Shown here piece by piece: positions 19,501-29,206 of a stretch of DNA of 64,000 nt (position 1 is the first letter of the stretch; every line of letters starts with the position of its first letter). The position numbers and the translations under genes are program-made. Where the stretch lies: positions 143,196 through 207,195 of the forward strand of contig CBDHGL010000006.1 in assembly GCA_965263105.1 (NCBI GenBank), in the 5' to 3' direction. The notes below the pieces were generated by a model. The model was given only the letters and a program-made list of their open reading frames with translations, was not told the DNA's origin and did no database searches. Source of the DNA: Bacteroidia bacterium. Lineage in GTDB: Bacteria > Bacteroidota > Bacteroidia > J057.

Positions 19501-20644
19501 CCATCCAAAGCGTATCTCCTTGGAAAAGCATTCTCCTATGAATTTCACTGGGACGGCTTTTTGCACTGTAAGGTTCATAGAATTTGAGGCTATACCGATC
19601 CCAGGTATAAGCACCATCATTGCCCCCAATCCACAGCAAGCCAGATCTATCTTCGAAAATAGCGTTATAGGGACTATCTTTCAAGTTATTCAGGTTGTAA
19701 TAATTATTTGATAGGTGGTGAAACTGTTTCTCAATCTTATCGAATAGCAACAATCCCTTTCGAGAAGCTACCCAGAGAAAACGATCATTCAATTCCCACA
19801 GGTCGTTAATAATATTGTGAATATGAGGAAGGCTATCTCCCTGAGGATAATAGCGCTCATAGGAGTTATTCTGAGGATCCCAATGGGTGATTCCATTGTG
19901 CGTACCCAGCCAAAATGTTGTGCTATCATCAGGAAGGATACATTGATACCTATTCCGTTCCTGATCCTCTGCTAAACCCTTCTCGAAATAATAAGTAAAT
20001 TGATCTTTAACCGGGTCGTAGATATTTATCCCCTTTGAACAGGCGATCCATAGCTCACCCTTTGGGCTCTCCCACAGATCAATGATTCCCCCTCCACTCA
20101 ATCCCGTTTGCGGATTTGCAGTTTCTTTGTAAGTAATGACCGAGTCTTTAGAGGGCATATACCCAAATAATTCTTTCCCTTGCGTCCCAATCCAAAGGGT
20201 TCCATCCTTCCCCCAAAGCAGGCAATTCACGGAAAGGTTTTCATCTAGGGGACCTACATTGAGTCGATGAAAGGATTCAGACTCCTTATCAAAATATACC
20301 AAACCGGCGTTTTTGGTCCCGATCCATAACCGCCCCGTTTCATCTTCTGCCAAGGCCTTCAACACATTAGAGGATAAGGTCAAGGTATCCCTGGGGTGAA
20401 AATAAAACCGCCTAAATTGATTACCATCAAAGCGGTTTAGTCCTTGTTGGGTAACGATCCAGATAAACCCTTCCCTATCTTGCAAAAAACCCCTTATTTT
20501 TCCGGAACTCAGTCCATCCTTTACCGAAAAATGATGGAACATTAGTTGATGCGGATTCTGAGCCCAAAGCTCTCCCATTAGAAAAAGGGCGATTATGCCC
20601 CACCTCAATAGATCTGTAATTTGGGTTGATGGCGAAACTCTCAT
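16577..20644 (-). CDS. Hybrid two-component system protein: beta-propeller repeats + Y_Y_Y sensor, HisKA/HATPase, receiver and AraC HTH
   Basis: Repeated ...WIGT..GL... propeller motifs are present, followed by a TM helix. The H-box is ITHEIRTPLT and the G-box is GGTGIGLALTQELV. The receiver contains DVMMPEASGMD. The C-terminus is an AraC HTH (GFSDPSYFSKMYSEEF). The ATG at 20644 is preferred over the TTG at 20671. Confidence 0.9.
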   Translation of the reverse strand: MRVSPSTQITDLLRWGIIALFLMGELWAQNPHQLMFHHFSVKDGLSSGKIRGFLQDREGFIWIVTQQGLNRFDGNQFRRFYFHPRDTLTLSSNVLKALAEDETGRLWIGTKNAGLVYFDKESESFHRLNVGPLDENLSVNCLLWGKDGTLWIGTQGKELFGYMPSKDSVITYKETANPQTGLSGGGIIDLWESPKGELWIACSKGINIYDPVKDQFTYYFEKGLAEDQERNRYQCILPDDSTTFWLGTHNGITHWDPQNNSYERYYPQGDSLPHIHNIINDLWELNDRFLWVASRKGLLLFDKIEKQFHHLSNNYYNLNNLKDSPYNAIFEDRSGLLWIGGNDGAYTWDRYSLKFYEPYSAKSRPSEIHRRMLFQGDTLWMALENGIYFSTPNLPPKRLIEGNFYSVALGKSGNIYAGPWGNSRLFKIHPQTHLISELPIPWREMQVDSLLTFMDIIRGSRDYLWIATRSSLFRFDEKTQEYFEIPNTSEHLQGFTGENNNDLLYDSRSNLWIVSDRGMFLLTPEEQEKKHADSLYFRHFYYDPRDSSTLPTNEINTLLEDSRGMIWIGSKSGLLTYDPKEEKFSHRKETEALAHGYITCILEDSSGDIWVSTDNLGITRIRPESGETQIYFEEDGLLTDAFNWNSCICTPDKGFIFGSREGLNHFFPDSIGSIVAEKPNIFLTELWVQNNRLRVGDSDSLLQRSLLHTAKITLSHHQRALKLVFSLLDYDSPTQNVYRYILENFDKSWQLAGNKNEATYTNLSPGTYTFRVQGRTSRGEFSAEVEDQLIIRILPPWWWNIYAWIAYVIVGIFLVWLIYKNQLAIKLRQAEAEKVLEIDRIRKQLYTDITHEIRTPLTIINGMNQLLEERYEDSDEIQDHTRVVNYNTQKILNLINQILDLARLEEGGMPLVLKQADIIPYIGYITDSFRSFARSKEISLVFTPETDAVMLDFDADKVLTVLSNLLSNALKFTPKSGWIKVVAKEKKPHTLLISVQDSGVGIDAERIPFVFDRYYQAANSLSSDAGGTGIGLALTQELVHLMGGKIWVKSMVNEGSTFFVELPITLKAAPLEDGDLTPQDNLYHQSLRTSVPAPSFDSEGNNEDLLVLIIEDSADVRFFLRKLLSPIFRVEFAENGKQGIQKAIESVPDIVISDVMMPEASGMDVCEALKKDERTSHIPIILLTARVDQASKIEGLAYGADAYLGKPLDKEELLTRIKKLVELRNTLRKKYQFFPHTTKLSSVSPEDLFLEKVGKVIEASLEDPDLGVDDICKDVGVSRTQLHRKLKVLTGLSTTQMIRKIRLTRARQMLIHSKEAISQIAFGVGFSDPSYFSKMYSEEFKEKPSDTRNSLRKPG

Positions 20645-20778
20645 GTAATTTCCCTGTAAGCTCTCCAACAAATATACATAATTGTATGAGGCTATGGAGC
20701 TACAAAAAGTACATTGCCAAGTTTGTCATGAACCCTTATCTTTGAAGGATAAAAAAAAGGGGATATTGCCCAAGCCGT

Positions 20779-21351
20779 ATGCAGATTCAAAAGTTGCTAT
20801 ATCTCTCTGAGGAGAATCTCAGAGACCGTCTTTTTGTCAAAGACATCGTCCATAATTTCCCTCAATCGGAAAAGATCCTGCTGCTTCATGAAGCCTTTGG
20901 TGAAAAGGTTGCCGATACGCGTTTTGTGACCAAGCGACTCTCTTCTTACTTCAGTGAGCAAATGGTGTATAACAATGCTTTTTCTGCAGACCAAAGAAAC
21001 CTTATTTCCGCTAACTCTGGGGGCTTTCAACTTAACAAAGAGTTGATCTATCAACTGATGGAACATATTCAACTTTTAATCCTCAATCCCATTATTTCTT
21101 CTGAGAATGGACCTAAACTGGGCTCGGCACAATTAATAGCGAATTTCTTGCGAACTCAATTGACAATAGAAAAGTTAATTCTTTTCCCAGAAAACCCCCT
21201 TTCTCCTCTTGCCACTAAGCAGCCTACTATAATGACTGAACAGGATTTTGCCTATTGGAAACCTTTGTATGAGGAGGAAGAAAAGACTCTGCGTAAAGCG
21301 CTCCACTTGGCTCCTGCACAGATCGTTTCACCCTCAACCTATGGCACGTGA
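20779..21351 (+). CDS. Hypothetical protein translationally coupled to recO (possible degenerate amino-acid-kinase-like fold)
   Basis: The 190-aa ORF has a stop that overlaps the recO GTG start (GTGA). ILLLHEAFGEKV...TKRL...NAFSADQ loosely resembles an AAK N-lobe but lacks the glycine-rich motifs. Confidence 0.35.
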   Translation: MQIQKLLYLSEENLRDRLFVKDIVHNFPQSEKILLLHEAFGEKVADTRFVTKRLSSYFSEQMVYNNAFSADQRNLISANSGGFQLNKELIYQLMEHIQLLILNPIISSENGPKLGSAQLIANFLRTQLTIEKLILFPENPLSPLATKQPTIMTEQDFAYWKPLYEEEEKTLRKALHLAPAQIVSPSTYGT

Positions 21352-22064
21352 TCTGTAAAACCAATGCCATCGTCCTGCGAACTTACAAATACCAGGAATC
21401 CAATCTCATAGCTATCCTTTTTACCCGATCTTTTGGGGTCAAGCATTTTATCATTAAGGGCTTTCGCTCTCCCAGGAATCGCAAAAAATACAGTTATTTT
21501 CAACCCCTGTCTATCGTAGAAATCATCTTCATTGAAAAGGAAAACCGAGAACTACAACAAATTAAGGAAAGCAAAACCGCTCAAATATTGTATCACATTC
21601 AATCACATCCCATAAAACTATCTTTGGGCTTGTCTATGATTGAAATTTTTTATCAATGTGTTAAGGAAGAAACGACTAATGAGCCCTTATACGACTTTCT
21701 CACCTCCTCCATTATTCACTTAGATAGGTCTGAGAGGAAATTAATTCAAACCTTTGTATTTTTTCTCGTACATTTCACCCAGTTTTTGGGGTTCTTTCCA
21801 AATGATATAAGTAAGAATTCAACACACGTGCACCTGAACATTCGAGAAGGGCTTCTGGAGTCAGTTCCTCATGAGACTGATAAAGTTTCAGGCCTTATTC
21901 GTAGATATATGGGAAGCACCCTTGAAAACTGCCAAGAAATTCATTTCAATCAGGAAACGAAACAAGCACTGATCAAGACTTTATTTAATTATTACTATAT
22001 TCATGTCGATGGATTTTCCTATCCCAATACCTTAAAAGTCTTTTCAGAAATCTTTGAATCATAA
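21348..22064 (+). CDS. recO: DNA repair protein RecO
   Basis: The N-terminal OB-fold pattern TNAIVLRTYKYQESNLIAILFTRSFGV is present. The size (238 aa) also fits RecO. Confidence 0.7.
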   Translation: MICKTNAIVLRTYKYQESNLIAILFTRSFGVKHFIIKGFRSPRNRKKYSYFQPLSIVEIIFIEKENRELQQIKESKTAQILYHIQSHPIKLSLGLSMIEIFYQCVKEETTNEPLYDFLTSSIIHLDRSERKLIQTFVFFLVHFTQFLGFFPNDISKNSTHVHLNIREGLLESVPHETDKVSGLIRRYMGSTLENCQEIHFNQETKQALIKTLFNYYYIHVDGFSYPNTLKVFSEIFES

Positions 22065-22102
22065 ATAGAATAGTACCAATAGCGGATAATCTTCCATAAT
22101 TC

Positions 22103-23545
22103 ATGCATAGTTTACAAAAGTCATATTATCACTTGCTAGGGTTGGCTGGGTTAACTATTTTTCTCATTCTTGTAGGGTGTGATGGCCCGACTCAGAAAGG
22201 GAGCTTTAGTTTGTCCGGTGAATTTTCAGCTTGCCAGATGGACAGTATGCGGATTTACATGATAGATGGCCTTAGCCCTACGCCCATCTTAGCAGCCCCC
22301 ATAAAAAAGAACGGCAAAAACTTCACCTTTTCTCTCAGCGGCGATCTTCCTGCAGAAGGGGTATATTATATTGGGCAGGCCCCCAATAACCTAAGAGGGA
22401 TTATCCTGGGCAATGAACACGGTGTTAGTGTATCTGGAAACTGTCTCAATCTACCTGGTTATTTAAAAATTGAGAATTCGCCAATTAACGATGCTTTCGA
22501 GGAAATGAATGGGCGAATTTCAGGTTTTTATAAAGAGACCCAAGAAGTCGCCCGTCAATTTGTTCCCTCAAGGGTATCGGATCCCAATCAGGAGATTTTT
22601 TTTCGCAAAGGCCTTAATCGGGTAGCAAAAAAACAATTCACCTATTTTGATTCCCTGAAAAATACACAGCCCCTTATCGCAAAAATTCTGGCAATAAACC
22701 TTCAGGAATTCTTCGATCCCTCAGAAAACCCTGGAGGATACACTAATGAAATTGATCATTTGGGAGGAGAAATGCTTGCCCATGCAGATTTGTCGGATCC
22801 TACTTATGGATACCTGCCTGCTCATGAGGCCATAAATACATTTGTTCCTCAGCTCCTCAATCCAAATACACTTCCCTTTCCCCGGGCTAAACAGCATATC
22901 GACAAACTCCTAGCGCGTATTCCAGAGGGTTCACTGGCTCATAAAAACATGTTGGCTTCGGTGATAAATATGATGGATCAGATGTCTTCCAGTGCTTATC
23001 CAGGCTATGCCGAGAAATATCTCCAACTGTATAAACCGGAGCCAGCGTTAGCTCAAGCCATTGAAGGGCGAGTTCAAATTATAAAAAATTTAGCCGCAGC
23101 CCAGGCCAGAGCTGATAGTATAACTAGCATAGGGGTCGTTCCGCCTCCTATTAATTTGCCCGACCCTTCTGGCAAAACCCTTTCACTGGAAAGCTTACGA
23201 GGAAAAACAGTATTGTTGGATTTTTGGGCCAGTTGGTGTGGCCCCTGCCGAAAGGAAAACCCCAATGTAGTAAAGCTATATAATCAATACAAGAGCCGAG
23301 GCTTCGAAATTTTGGGGGTCAGTCTGGATAAAAACAGGGAACAATGGCTCCAGGCTATCAAACAAGATGGGCTTACCTGGAAGCACGTTAGCGACTTGAA
23401 AGGATGGCGAAGTCAGGCAGCACAAGCCTATAGTGTATCGGCTATACCCAAGACTTTTTTGCTGGATGAATCGGGAAAGATTATAGGTAAAAATTTGCGT
23501 GGCAGATCTTTAGAAGCAAAATTAGCAGAAATATTTGCAAATTAG
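22103..23545 (+). CDS. TlpA-family thiol:disulfide oxidoreductase lipoprotein with N-terminal extra domain
   Basis: A lipobox is present (LILVGCDG). The C-terminal thioredoxin fold contains GKTVLLDFWASWCGPCRKENP. Confidence 0.8.
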   Translation: MHSLQKSYYHLLGLAGLTIFLILVGCDGPTQKGSFSLSGEFSACQMDSMRIYMIDGLSPTPILAAPIKKNGKNFTFSLSGDLPAEGVYYIGQAPNNLRGIILGNEHGVSVSGNCLNLPGYLKIENSPINDAFEEMNGRISGFYKETQEVARQFVPSRVSDPNQEIFFRKGLNRVAKKQFTYFDSLKNTQPLIAKILAINLQEFFDPSENPGGYTNEIDHLGGEMLAHADLSDPTYGYLPAHEAINTFVPQLLNPNTLPFPRAKQHIDKLLARIPEGSLAHKNMLASVINMMDQMSSSAYPGYAEKYLQLYKPEPALAQAIEGRVQIIKNLAAAQARADSITSIGVVPPPINLPDPSGKTLSLESLRGKTVLLDFWASWCGPCRKENPNVVKLYNQYKSRGFEILGVSLDKNREQWLQAIKQDGLTWKHVSDLKGWRSQAAQAYSVSAIPKTFLLDESGKIIGKNLRGRSLEAKLAEIFAN

Positions 23546-23576
23546 GGGCGCTCTAACCTAAGAATATAAGCGGTAT

Positions 23577-24248
23577 ATGAAGATTTTGATTGTTGACGAT
23601 GAAGCCGATATTCTAGAATTATTAGAATACAACCTGGTAAAAGAAGGGTATCAGGTCTTAACGGCCACAGATGGGAAGGCTGCCATTGAGGTAGCCACCA
23701 AGGAGAATCCCGATATGATTTTACTGGATATCATGATGCCCAAAATGGATGGGATTGAAACCTGTAGGAGAATTCGCACCCTTCCAGGCCTTTCTAAGAT
23801 AAGCGTAATCTTTCTCACTGCCCGATCTGAAGAATATTCAGAACTAGCTGGCTTTGAAGCTGGAGCAGATGACTACATATCAAAGCCCATCAAACCCCGG
23901 ATTTTGTTAAGTCGCATTAAGGCCATTGCTAGAAGAGATTCGCAGGAGGAGATCAACAATGTGTTGAAAATCCACGATTTAGAGATTATACGAGATGAAT
24001 ACATGGTAAAAAAAGGGAAACAGACCATGGCCCTTCCCAAAAAAGAGTTTGAACTTTTGTTTTTCCTTGCCTCCAAGCCTGGGAAAGTATTTAGCCGGGA
24101 AAAGTTACTAGAAAAAGTCTGGGGAGATGTATACGTGGTAGACCGAACTATTGATGTGCACGTGCGAAAGCTGAGAGAAAAAATTGGGATTAATTATATT
24201 CAAACGGTTAAAGGAGTTGGATATAAATTTGTAAATACGCTGGTATAA
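23577..24248 (+). CDS. OmpR/PhoB-family response regulator
   Basis: The receiver contains ILIVDDE...LLDIMMPKMDG. The winged-helix part contains VDRTIDVHVRKLREKI...TVKGVGYKF. Confidence 0.9.
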   Translation: MKILIVDDEADILELLEYNLVKEGYQVLTATDGKAAIEVATKENPDMILLDIMMPKMDGIETCRRIRTLPGLSKISVIFLTARSEEYSELAGFEAGADDYISKPIKPRILLSRIKAIARRDSQEEINNVLKIHDLEIIRDEYMVKKGKQTMALPKKEFELLFFLASKPGKVFSREKLLEKVWGDVYVVDRTIDVHVRKLREKIGINYIQTVKGVGYKFVNTLV

Positions 24249-24279
24249 TACGTCTCTTTGGTTAATCACATTCCCAATT

Positions 24280-25230
24280 ATGGATGGCAAGTTCCAACGA
24301 AAATTACATGCCCCCTGGGCCATTGCTGCGACAATGTCAGCCATCTTCACCCTTGTAGGCATCCTTCTTACTGAGCTCATTCATAAACCGGCCCCTTGGT
24401 GGCTTTGGATCAGCTATTTTCTGATAGTGGGCATAGCCATCTATATTTACTTTGAAAAAATAATCTATCGGAGGATTCGTGAACTCCGCATTGATGCCCA
24501 AAGAGAGGTCACCAAGCTCAAAGATATGGAAGCTTACAGGAGAGAGTTTCTGGGAGAGGTATCACATGAATTGAAAACCCCAATTTTTGCTATTCAAGGA
24601 TTCATACATACCCTGATTGACGGTGCTATGGATGATCCTAGGGTAAGAAAAAAATTTCTTAAAAAAGCCATGAAAAATTCTGACCGTCTTTCCAATTTAG
24701 TGGAGGATCTTTTGGTCATTACCCAAGCAGAATCCGGGGAAATGGAGGTGAGGGTAAGAAGGTTTCCCATAATGGGCTTGATCCAGGACGTTCTGGATGC
24801 ATTTGAATTCAAATTCACAAAAAAGAACCGAAATATTGCTTATAGCATTGAGGAAAATTCACTGGAAGCTGCTTATGTCCTAGCAGATGAAGAGCGAATC
24901 CGGCAAGTGCTAACCAATTTAATTGACAATGCCATAAAGTATGGCGACCGAAATGGAAATGTAGCTATATCCTTAAATTCGGACGAGGAAAAAATCTATG
25001 TCTCTGTAAAAGATGACGGCCCCGGCATAGAGGAAGAACACCTAGACAAAATTTTTCGTCGCTTTTATCGTGTAGATAAGAGTCGATCGCGGGAAAAGGG
25101 TGGCACAGGCTTGGGATTGGCTATATGCAAGCACCTCATGTCAGCTCACGGGGAGAAAATAACCGTAGAAAGCCAGGTAGGTCGGGGTACTGTCTTTACA
25201 ATCAGTCTAAAAAAAGCTAAACATGCATAA
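24280..25230 (+). CDS. Sensor histidine kinase (two TM helices, HisKA + HATPase_c)
   Basis: The H-box is VSHELKTPIFAI, the N-box is LTNLIDNAIKY and the G-box is GGTGLGLAICKHL. Confidence 0.88.
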   Translation: MDGKFQRKLHAPWAIAATMSAIFTLVGILLTELIHKPAPWWLWISYFLIVGIAIYIYFEKIIYRRIRELRIDAQREVTKLKDMEAYRREFLGEVSHELKTPIFAIQGFIHTLIDGAMDDPRVRKKFLKKAMKNSDRLSNLVEDLLVITQAESGEMEVRVRRFPIMGLIQDVLDAFEFKFTKKNRNIAYSIEENSLEAAYVLADEERIRQVLTNLIDNAIKYGDRNGNVAISLNSDEEKIYVSVKDDGPGIEEEHLDKIFRRFYRVDKSRSREKGGTGLGLAICKHLMSAHGEKITVESQVGRGTVFTISLKKAKHA

Positions 25231-25783
25231 GATTAACCGTATTTTTGCTTTTTCATGGGTATTACTATTGCTGAGTTGTGGTTCTGAGAATATCGCCTTA
25301 ATCAATAAAGTAAAACGTTTTGAGCCCCAATGGATGAACTTAAGTGAAAAGGCCACCTTTATTGAACAAAAGCTGAGCATCACCCGAAGACGCTATCCTA
25401 AGGACCTGGATGCCATAGAGCCCCAAATGCGAAATGTATCTAGCAATCGACAAACAAGTGTCTATGGTTTACGAAGCCAATACCGTAATATCATGGTTGA
25501 ACGCGAAAAGCTGGAAAAACAATTTGTAACGGAATTGGAGGGTCTGGAGGAAGAGGTAGAAAAATTCAACGAATGGGTAAACCGACTCATGAAGGGTAAA
25601 TTTGAATTGGAACTCGCTGAAAAACGGCTTTCCGAATTTGAATCTTCTCATCAAAGGCTCAAACAGGAAATGGATGGGATAGAAAAGGCCCTCATAAAAA
25701 ATATCCAGGAACACAACTCTGTCTTGAAGCAGTTGGGACAACAACTCCGAGTATATAATAACTTCGATATTGCGGTGAGATAA
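25223..25783 (+). CDS. Coiled-coil lipoprotein, unknown function (overlaps the kinase stop by 8 nt)
   Basis: A lipobox is present (LLLSCGSE). The remainder is strongly heptad and charged. Confidence 0.45.
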   Translation: MHKINRIFAFSWVLLLLSCGSENIALINKVKRFEPQWMNLSEKATFIEQKLSITRRRYPKDLDAIEPQMRNVSSNRQTSVYGLRSQYRNIMVEREKLEKQFVTELEGLEEEVEKFNEWVNRLMKGKFELELAEKRLSEFESSHQRLKQEMDGIEKALIKNIQEHNSVLKQLGQQLRVYNNFDIAVR

Positions 25784-25827
25784 GTTTCAAATCTACTAGA
25801 GATAATTAGACGCCAAATAAAAAGACT

Positions 25828-25867
25828 GAGGGAAAATCTTCCACAAGGATTTTCCCTCATTTTTTTA
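25828..25867. terminator. Bidirectional rho-independent terminator
   Basis: An 11-bp stem pairs GAGGGAAAATC (25828-25838) with GATTTTCCCTC (25848-25858). ATTTTTTT follows on the plus strand and an A-rich run precedes the stem. It sits between convergent genes. Confidence 0.8.
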
Positions 25868-25894
25868 GCGGTTTAACCCGTAAAGATTGGATAA

Positions 25895-26389
25895 CTACTC
25901 TCCAGAAGGAGGAAATATTACTTTGTCGATTACGTGAACAACCCCGTTGCTAGCCAATACATCGGCACTCACTACCTTTGCATTTTCTACCATAGCTCCT
26001 TTGTCGCTTAGAGAGATTGTTGCCTCTGCTCCTTGAACGGTACTAGCTTTCATTCCATCAGATAGGTCTCCAGACATAACTTTTCCAGGAATGACGTGGT
26101 AAGTGAGGATGCTAACTAGTTTCTCTTTGTTTTCAGGTTTTAGCAAGTCCTCTAATGTCCCTTCAGGAAGAGCGGCAAAAGCATCATTTGTAGGAGCGAA
26201 TACCGTAAAAGGACCGTCCCCTTTTAAAACATCTACCAACCCTCCCGCTTTGACAGCTGCTACCAGTGTGGAAAGTGCATCTGTTCCGACTGCCAAATCA
26301 ACAATATCCTTGTCTTGAGCTGTTAGCTTTGGCATGGATAATAAGAACATACATACTAAGGAAGCGAATACAACCAATGATCTTTTCAT
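25895..26389 (-). CDS. Fasciclin (FAS1) domain protein, secreted
   Basis: [37 protein letters not shown]...[10 protein letters not shown] is the FAS1 pattern. The ATG start at 26389 ([12 protein letters not shown]...) is preferred. Confidence 0.85.
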   Translation of the reverse strand: MKRSLVVFASLVCMFLLSMPKLTAQDKDIVDLAVGTDALSTLVAAVKAGGLVDVLKGDGPFTVFAPTNDAFAALPEGTLEDLLKPENKEKLVSILTYHVIPGKVMSGDLSDGMKASTVQGAEATISLSDKGAMVENAKVVSADVLASNGVVHVIDKVIFPPSGE

Positions 26390-26740
26390 GATAAAATGTT
26401 TAATTATTTTTTGCAAACATTAAACAAACTTGAAAAATCTGGAGATTGTTATCACTTTTTCCATTTCTAAAGATTTTAAGGCTTAAAAGAGGTAATAATT
26501 TGGGTCATTTAATCTTCGCTAGCCCTTTACAATGTGTTGATAATCATAAAAATACCAGAATTTAGTTTATCTCGCCCCTATTCATCATGAAAGATTTTGT
26601 TTAAAAAAAAAATGTTTTCATTAAACAATATTAATGAGGCTTATTAGGGGTTTTTAGGAAAAACTACTTCACCTTCCCATCATAAATTTAAGATTCCCCT
26701 TAACTTATGTGTTTATTAGGCTAAATAATTTCTCCGCTCT

Positions 26741-29206
26741 GTGCTAGGCATACCCTATACCATTCAACGAATTGCAGAAATGGCTCTGGCCCAGGACCTT
26801 TTCCAGGCCTTTCCCCAATCCCTTCCCATCAAGTACGTCTCCTTTGATTCACGTACCATCTCTTATGGCCCAGAAACCCTATTCGTCGCCCTAAAAACAG
26901 AACATAGAGATGGGCACGATTTTTTGGGAGATGCCTTCCACAAGGGGGTTAGGAACTTCCTGGTAGACCGGCCAATTTCCCTTTCTCCGTGCAACTACAT
27001 TTTAACAAAAAATACCCTAGAGGCCCTTCAGTTATGGGCTATGCACCACCGTCAACAGTTTTCCTATCCAGTGGTGGGAATTACAGGCAGCAATGGAAAG
27101 ACCACTGTAAAGGAATGGCTAGCTACATTGTTGGAATGGGAGTTTGAGGTAGTAAAAAGTCCGATGAGCTATAATAGTCAGATCGGTGTCCCTATTTCTG
27201 TATTGCAAATGAACCCCAAAGCTAATTGTGCCCTCATTGAAGCCGGAATCTCCCGGCCAAACGAAATGGAAATTCTGCGAGAAATTATCCAACCTACTTT
27301 TGGTATACTTACCCACATGGGAGACGCTCACGATAAGGCTTTTGATAGTTTTGAGCAAAAGCTTGCCGAAAAATGTCAACTTTTTGAGAACGTAGATCAG
27401 GTTTTATGTGGAAGTGGGCAAACTCAGGTTTGGGAGTATGTTAAAAAAGAGCTTCCACAGGCACTGGCTGTAGGAGAAAGGGAGACCGATGAGTTCCGTT
27501 TGCAGAGATTCACACAGGACAAATCAGGCATGGGACTCCTGTTAGAAAGAGGCCAAACACAACTGGCTATTGAGGTTCCAGTAGTAGGGGCTGCTTCCCA
27601 GGAAAATATCTCCCTCGCCTTGTCTGCAGCGCATTATCTTGGACTTTCTAAGGAGGGTATGCAGGCCCAATGTCAGAAATTACACCCTGTCCAAATGCGG
27701 TGTGAGATCCTCACAGATAATCCGGATATTACTGTCATTAACGACAGTTACAATTCCGATTTGGAGTCAGCCCGCACGGCCCTCCACCTTCTATCCGATA
27801 TAGATTCACAGCCTGATAAGATTTTAATCCTGACGGATATGGAGCAGCAAGGATCGAAGGCTCTGGAAAGACATGAACAGATTTACAAAGAAGCCACTCA
27901 ACTATTGGGAGTGGAAAAAGTCCTGACCCTTGGCCCCATTTTCGCCCAAATTGCTTCCTCCCATAATTATCCAAACACAGATTCATTCATTCGGGCGTTT
28001 CAATACGCCCATTTTATCCATCACACAGTTCTCATCAAGGGGGCCAGAAGTTTTCGTTTGGAGCGCCTACTTCCTCTACTCAACCGAAAGCCCAATGCTA
28101 CCTATTTTCAAATCGACCTAGATGATTTGGTCCATAACTTTAAAACCCTCTGTGCACAGGTTCCTCCTGGCACCAAAACCATGTGTGTAGTAAAAGCTTC
28201 CTCCTATGGGAACGGGACTTGGGAAATTGCCAGAGAATTAGCAGATGCAGGAGCAGATTACCTGGCTGTAGCCTATACATCAGAAGGTATAGCCCTTCGA
28301 GAAAGTCAAATCCAGCTCCCCATAATGGTCATGAACCCTAATAAAGAGAGTATTCCTTCCCTCATCCAATATAGACTCCAGCCAGAAATTTCTAACCTAG
28401 ACTTCTTAGAAGCCTATATAAAGGAAGCTCGTCTCTCAGAATGGACTTCTTATCCCCTTCACCTCAAGCTAGAGACAGGAATGGGACGCCTCGGATTTAG
28501 GGAAAAACATTTATCTCGACTTTGTGCCTTCCTGGTTCAGGAGCCCAGGGCCCAAATAGTCTCCATGCTATCCCATCTTGCTGCTGCAGATGACCCAAGA
28601 GCGGACGAGTTCAGCCACCAACAGGTGCAGACCTTTAAAGCCCTAACAGGTTATATCTCTGAACAAATTGGGTTCATGCCACCAAGACATATCCTCAACT
28701 CTAAAGGGGTTCTCCGTTTTTCTGCTTATGCATTTGAAATGGTACGCCTAGGGGCTGGCTTATACGGAATCAATACAACAGATGTGCAGTCTGATCTCGT
28801 GGAAATTGGCGGCCTCTATAGTACCATTAGCCAAATCCAGGAACATCCTTCTGGTGTCAGCATTGGGTATGGAAGGGCCCAATACACAGAACGGCCTTCG
28901 CGAATCGCGACGGTCGCCTTAGGATATGCTGATGGGATCCCCCGTAACCTGAGCTGTGGAGCCTATTCATTTCTAGTTCGGGGAATGCCTGCACCCATCT
29001 TTGGGCGAGTGTGTATGGATATGACCATGATAGATGTCACCGATATTCCTGAAGCCACGATGGGAGACGAGGTAGCCATATTTGGATCCCAAAGGGGGCA
29101 GTTTCTTTCCGTCGAGGAAATGGCCAAACAAGCTCAAACTATTCCTTATGAAATCCTTGTTAGGATTAGCCCTAGGGTAAGGAGGATATATATGAAGGGG
29201 AGATAA
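26741..29206 (+). CDS. Bifunctional UDP-MurNAc-tripeptide:D-Ala-D-Ala ligase (MurF) / alanine racemase (Alr) fusion
   Basis: The N-terminal half carries the Mur ligase P-loop GITGSNGKTT. The C-terminal half is an alanine racemase with the PLP lysine motif VVKASSYGNG and the pattern ...GYADG...R...G.VCMD. The start codon is GTG. Confidence 0.85.
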   Translation: MLGIPYTIQRIAEMALAQDLFQAFPQSLPIKYVSFDSRTISYGPETLFVALKTEHRDGHDFLGDAFHKGVRNFLVDRPISLSPCNYILTKNTLEALQLWAMHHRQQFSYPVVGITGSNGKTTVKEWLATLLEWEFEVVKSPMSYNSQIGVPISVLQMNPKANCALIEAGISRPNEMEILREIIQPTFGILTHMGDAHDKAFDSFEQKLAEKCQLFENVDQVLCGSGQTQVWEYVKKELPQALAVGERETDEFRLQRFTQDKSGMGLLLERGQTQLAIEVPVVGAASQENISLALSAAHYLGLSKEGMQAQCQKLHPVQMRCEILTDNPDITVINDSYNSDLESARTALHLLSDIDSQPDKILILTDMEQQGSKALERHEQIYKEATQLLGVEKVLTLGPIFAQIASSHNYPNTDSFIRAFQYAHFIHHTVLIKGARSFRLERLLPLLNRKPNATYFQIDLDDLVHNFKTLCAQVPPGTKTMCVVKASSYGNGTWEIARELADAGADYLAVAYTSEGIALRESQIQLPIMVMNPNKESIPSLIQYRLQPEISNLDFLEAYIKEARLSEWTSYPLHLKLETGMGRLGFREKHLSRLCAFLVQEPRAQIVSMLSHLAAADDPRADEFSHQQVQTFKALTGYISEQIGFMPPRHILNSKGVLRFSAYAFEMVRLGAGLYGINTTDVQSDLVEIGGLYSTISQIQEHPSGVSIGYGRAQYTERPSRIATVALGYADGIPRNLSCGAYSFLVRGMPAPIFGRVCMDMTMIDVTDIPEATMGDEVAIFGSQRGQFLSVEEMAKQAQTIPYEILVRISPRVRRIYMKGR

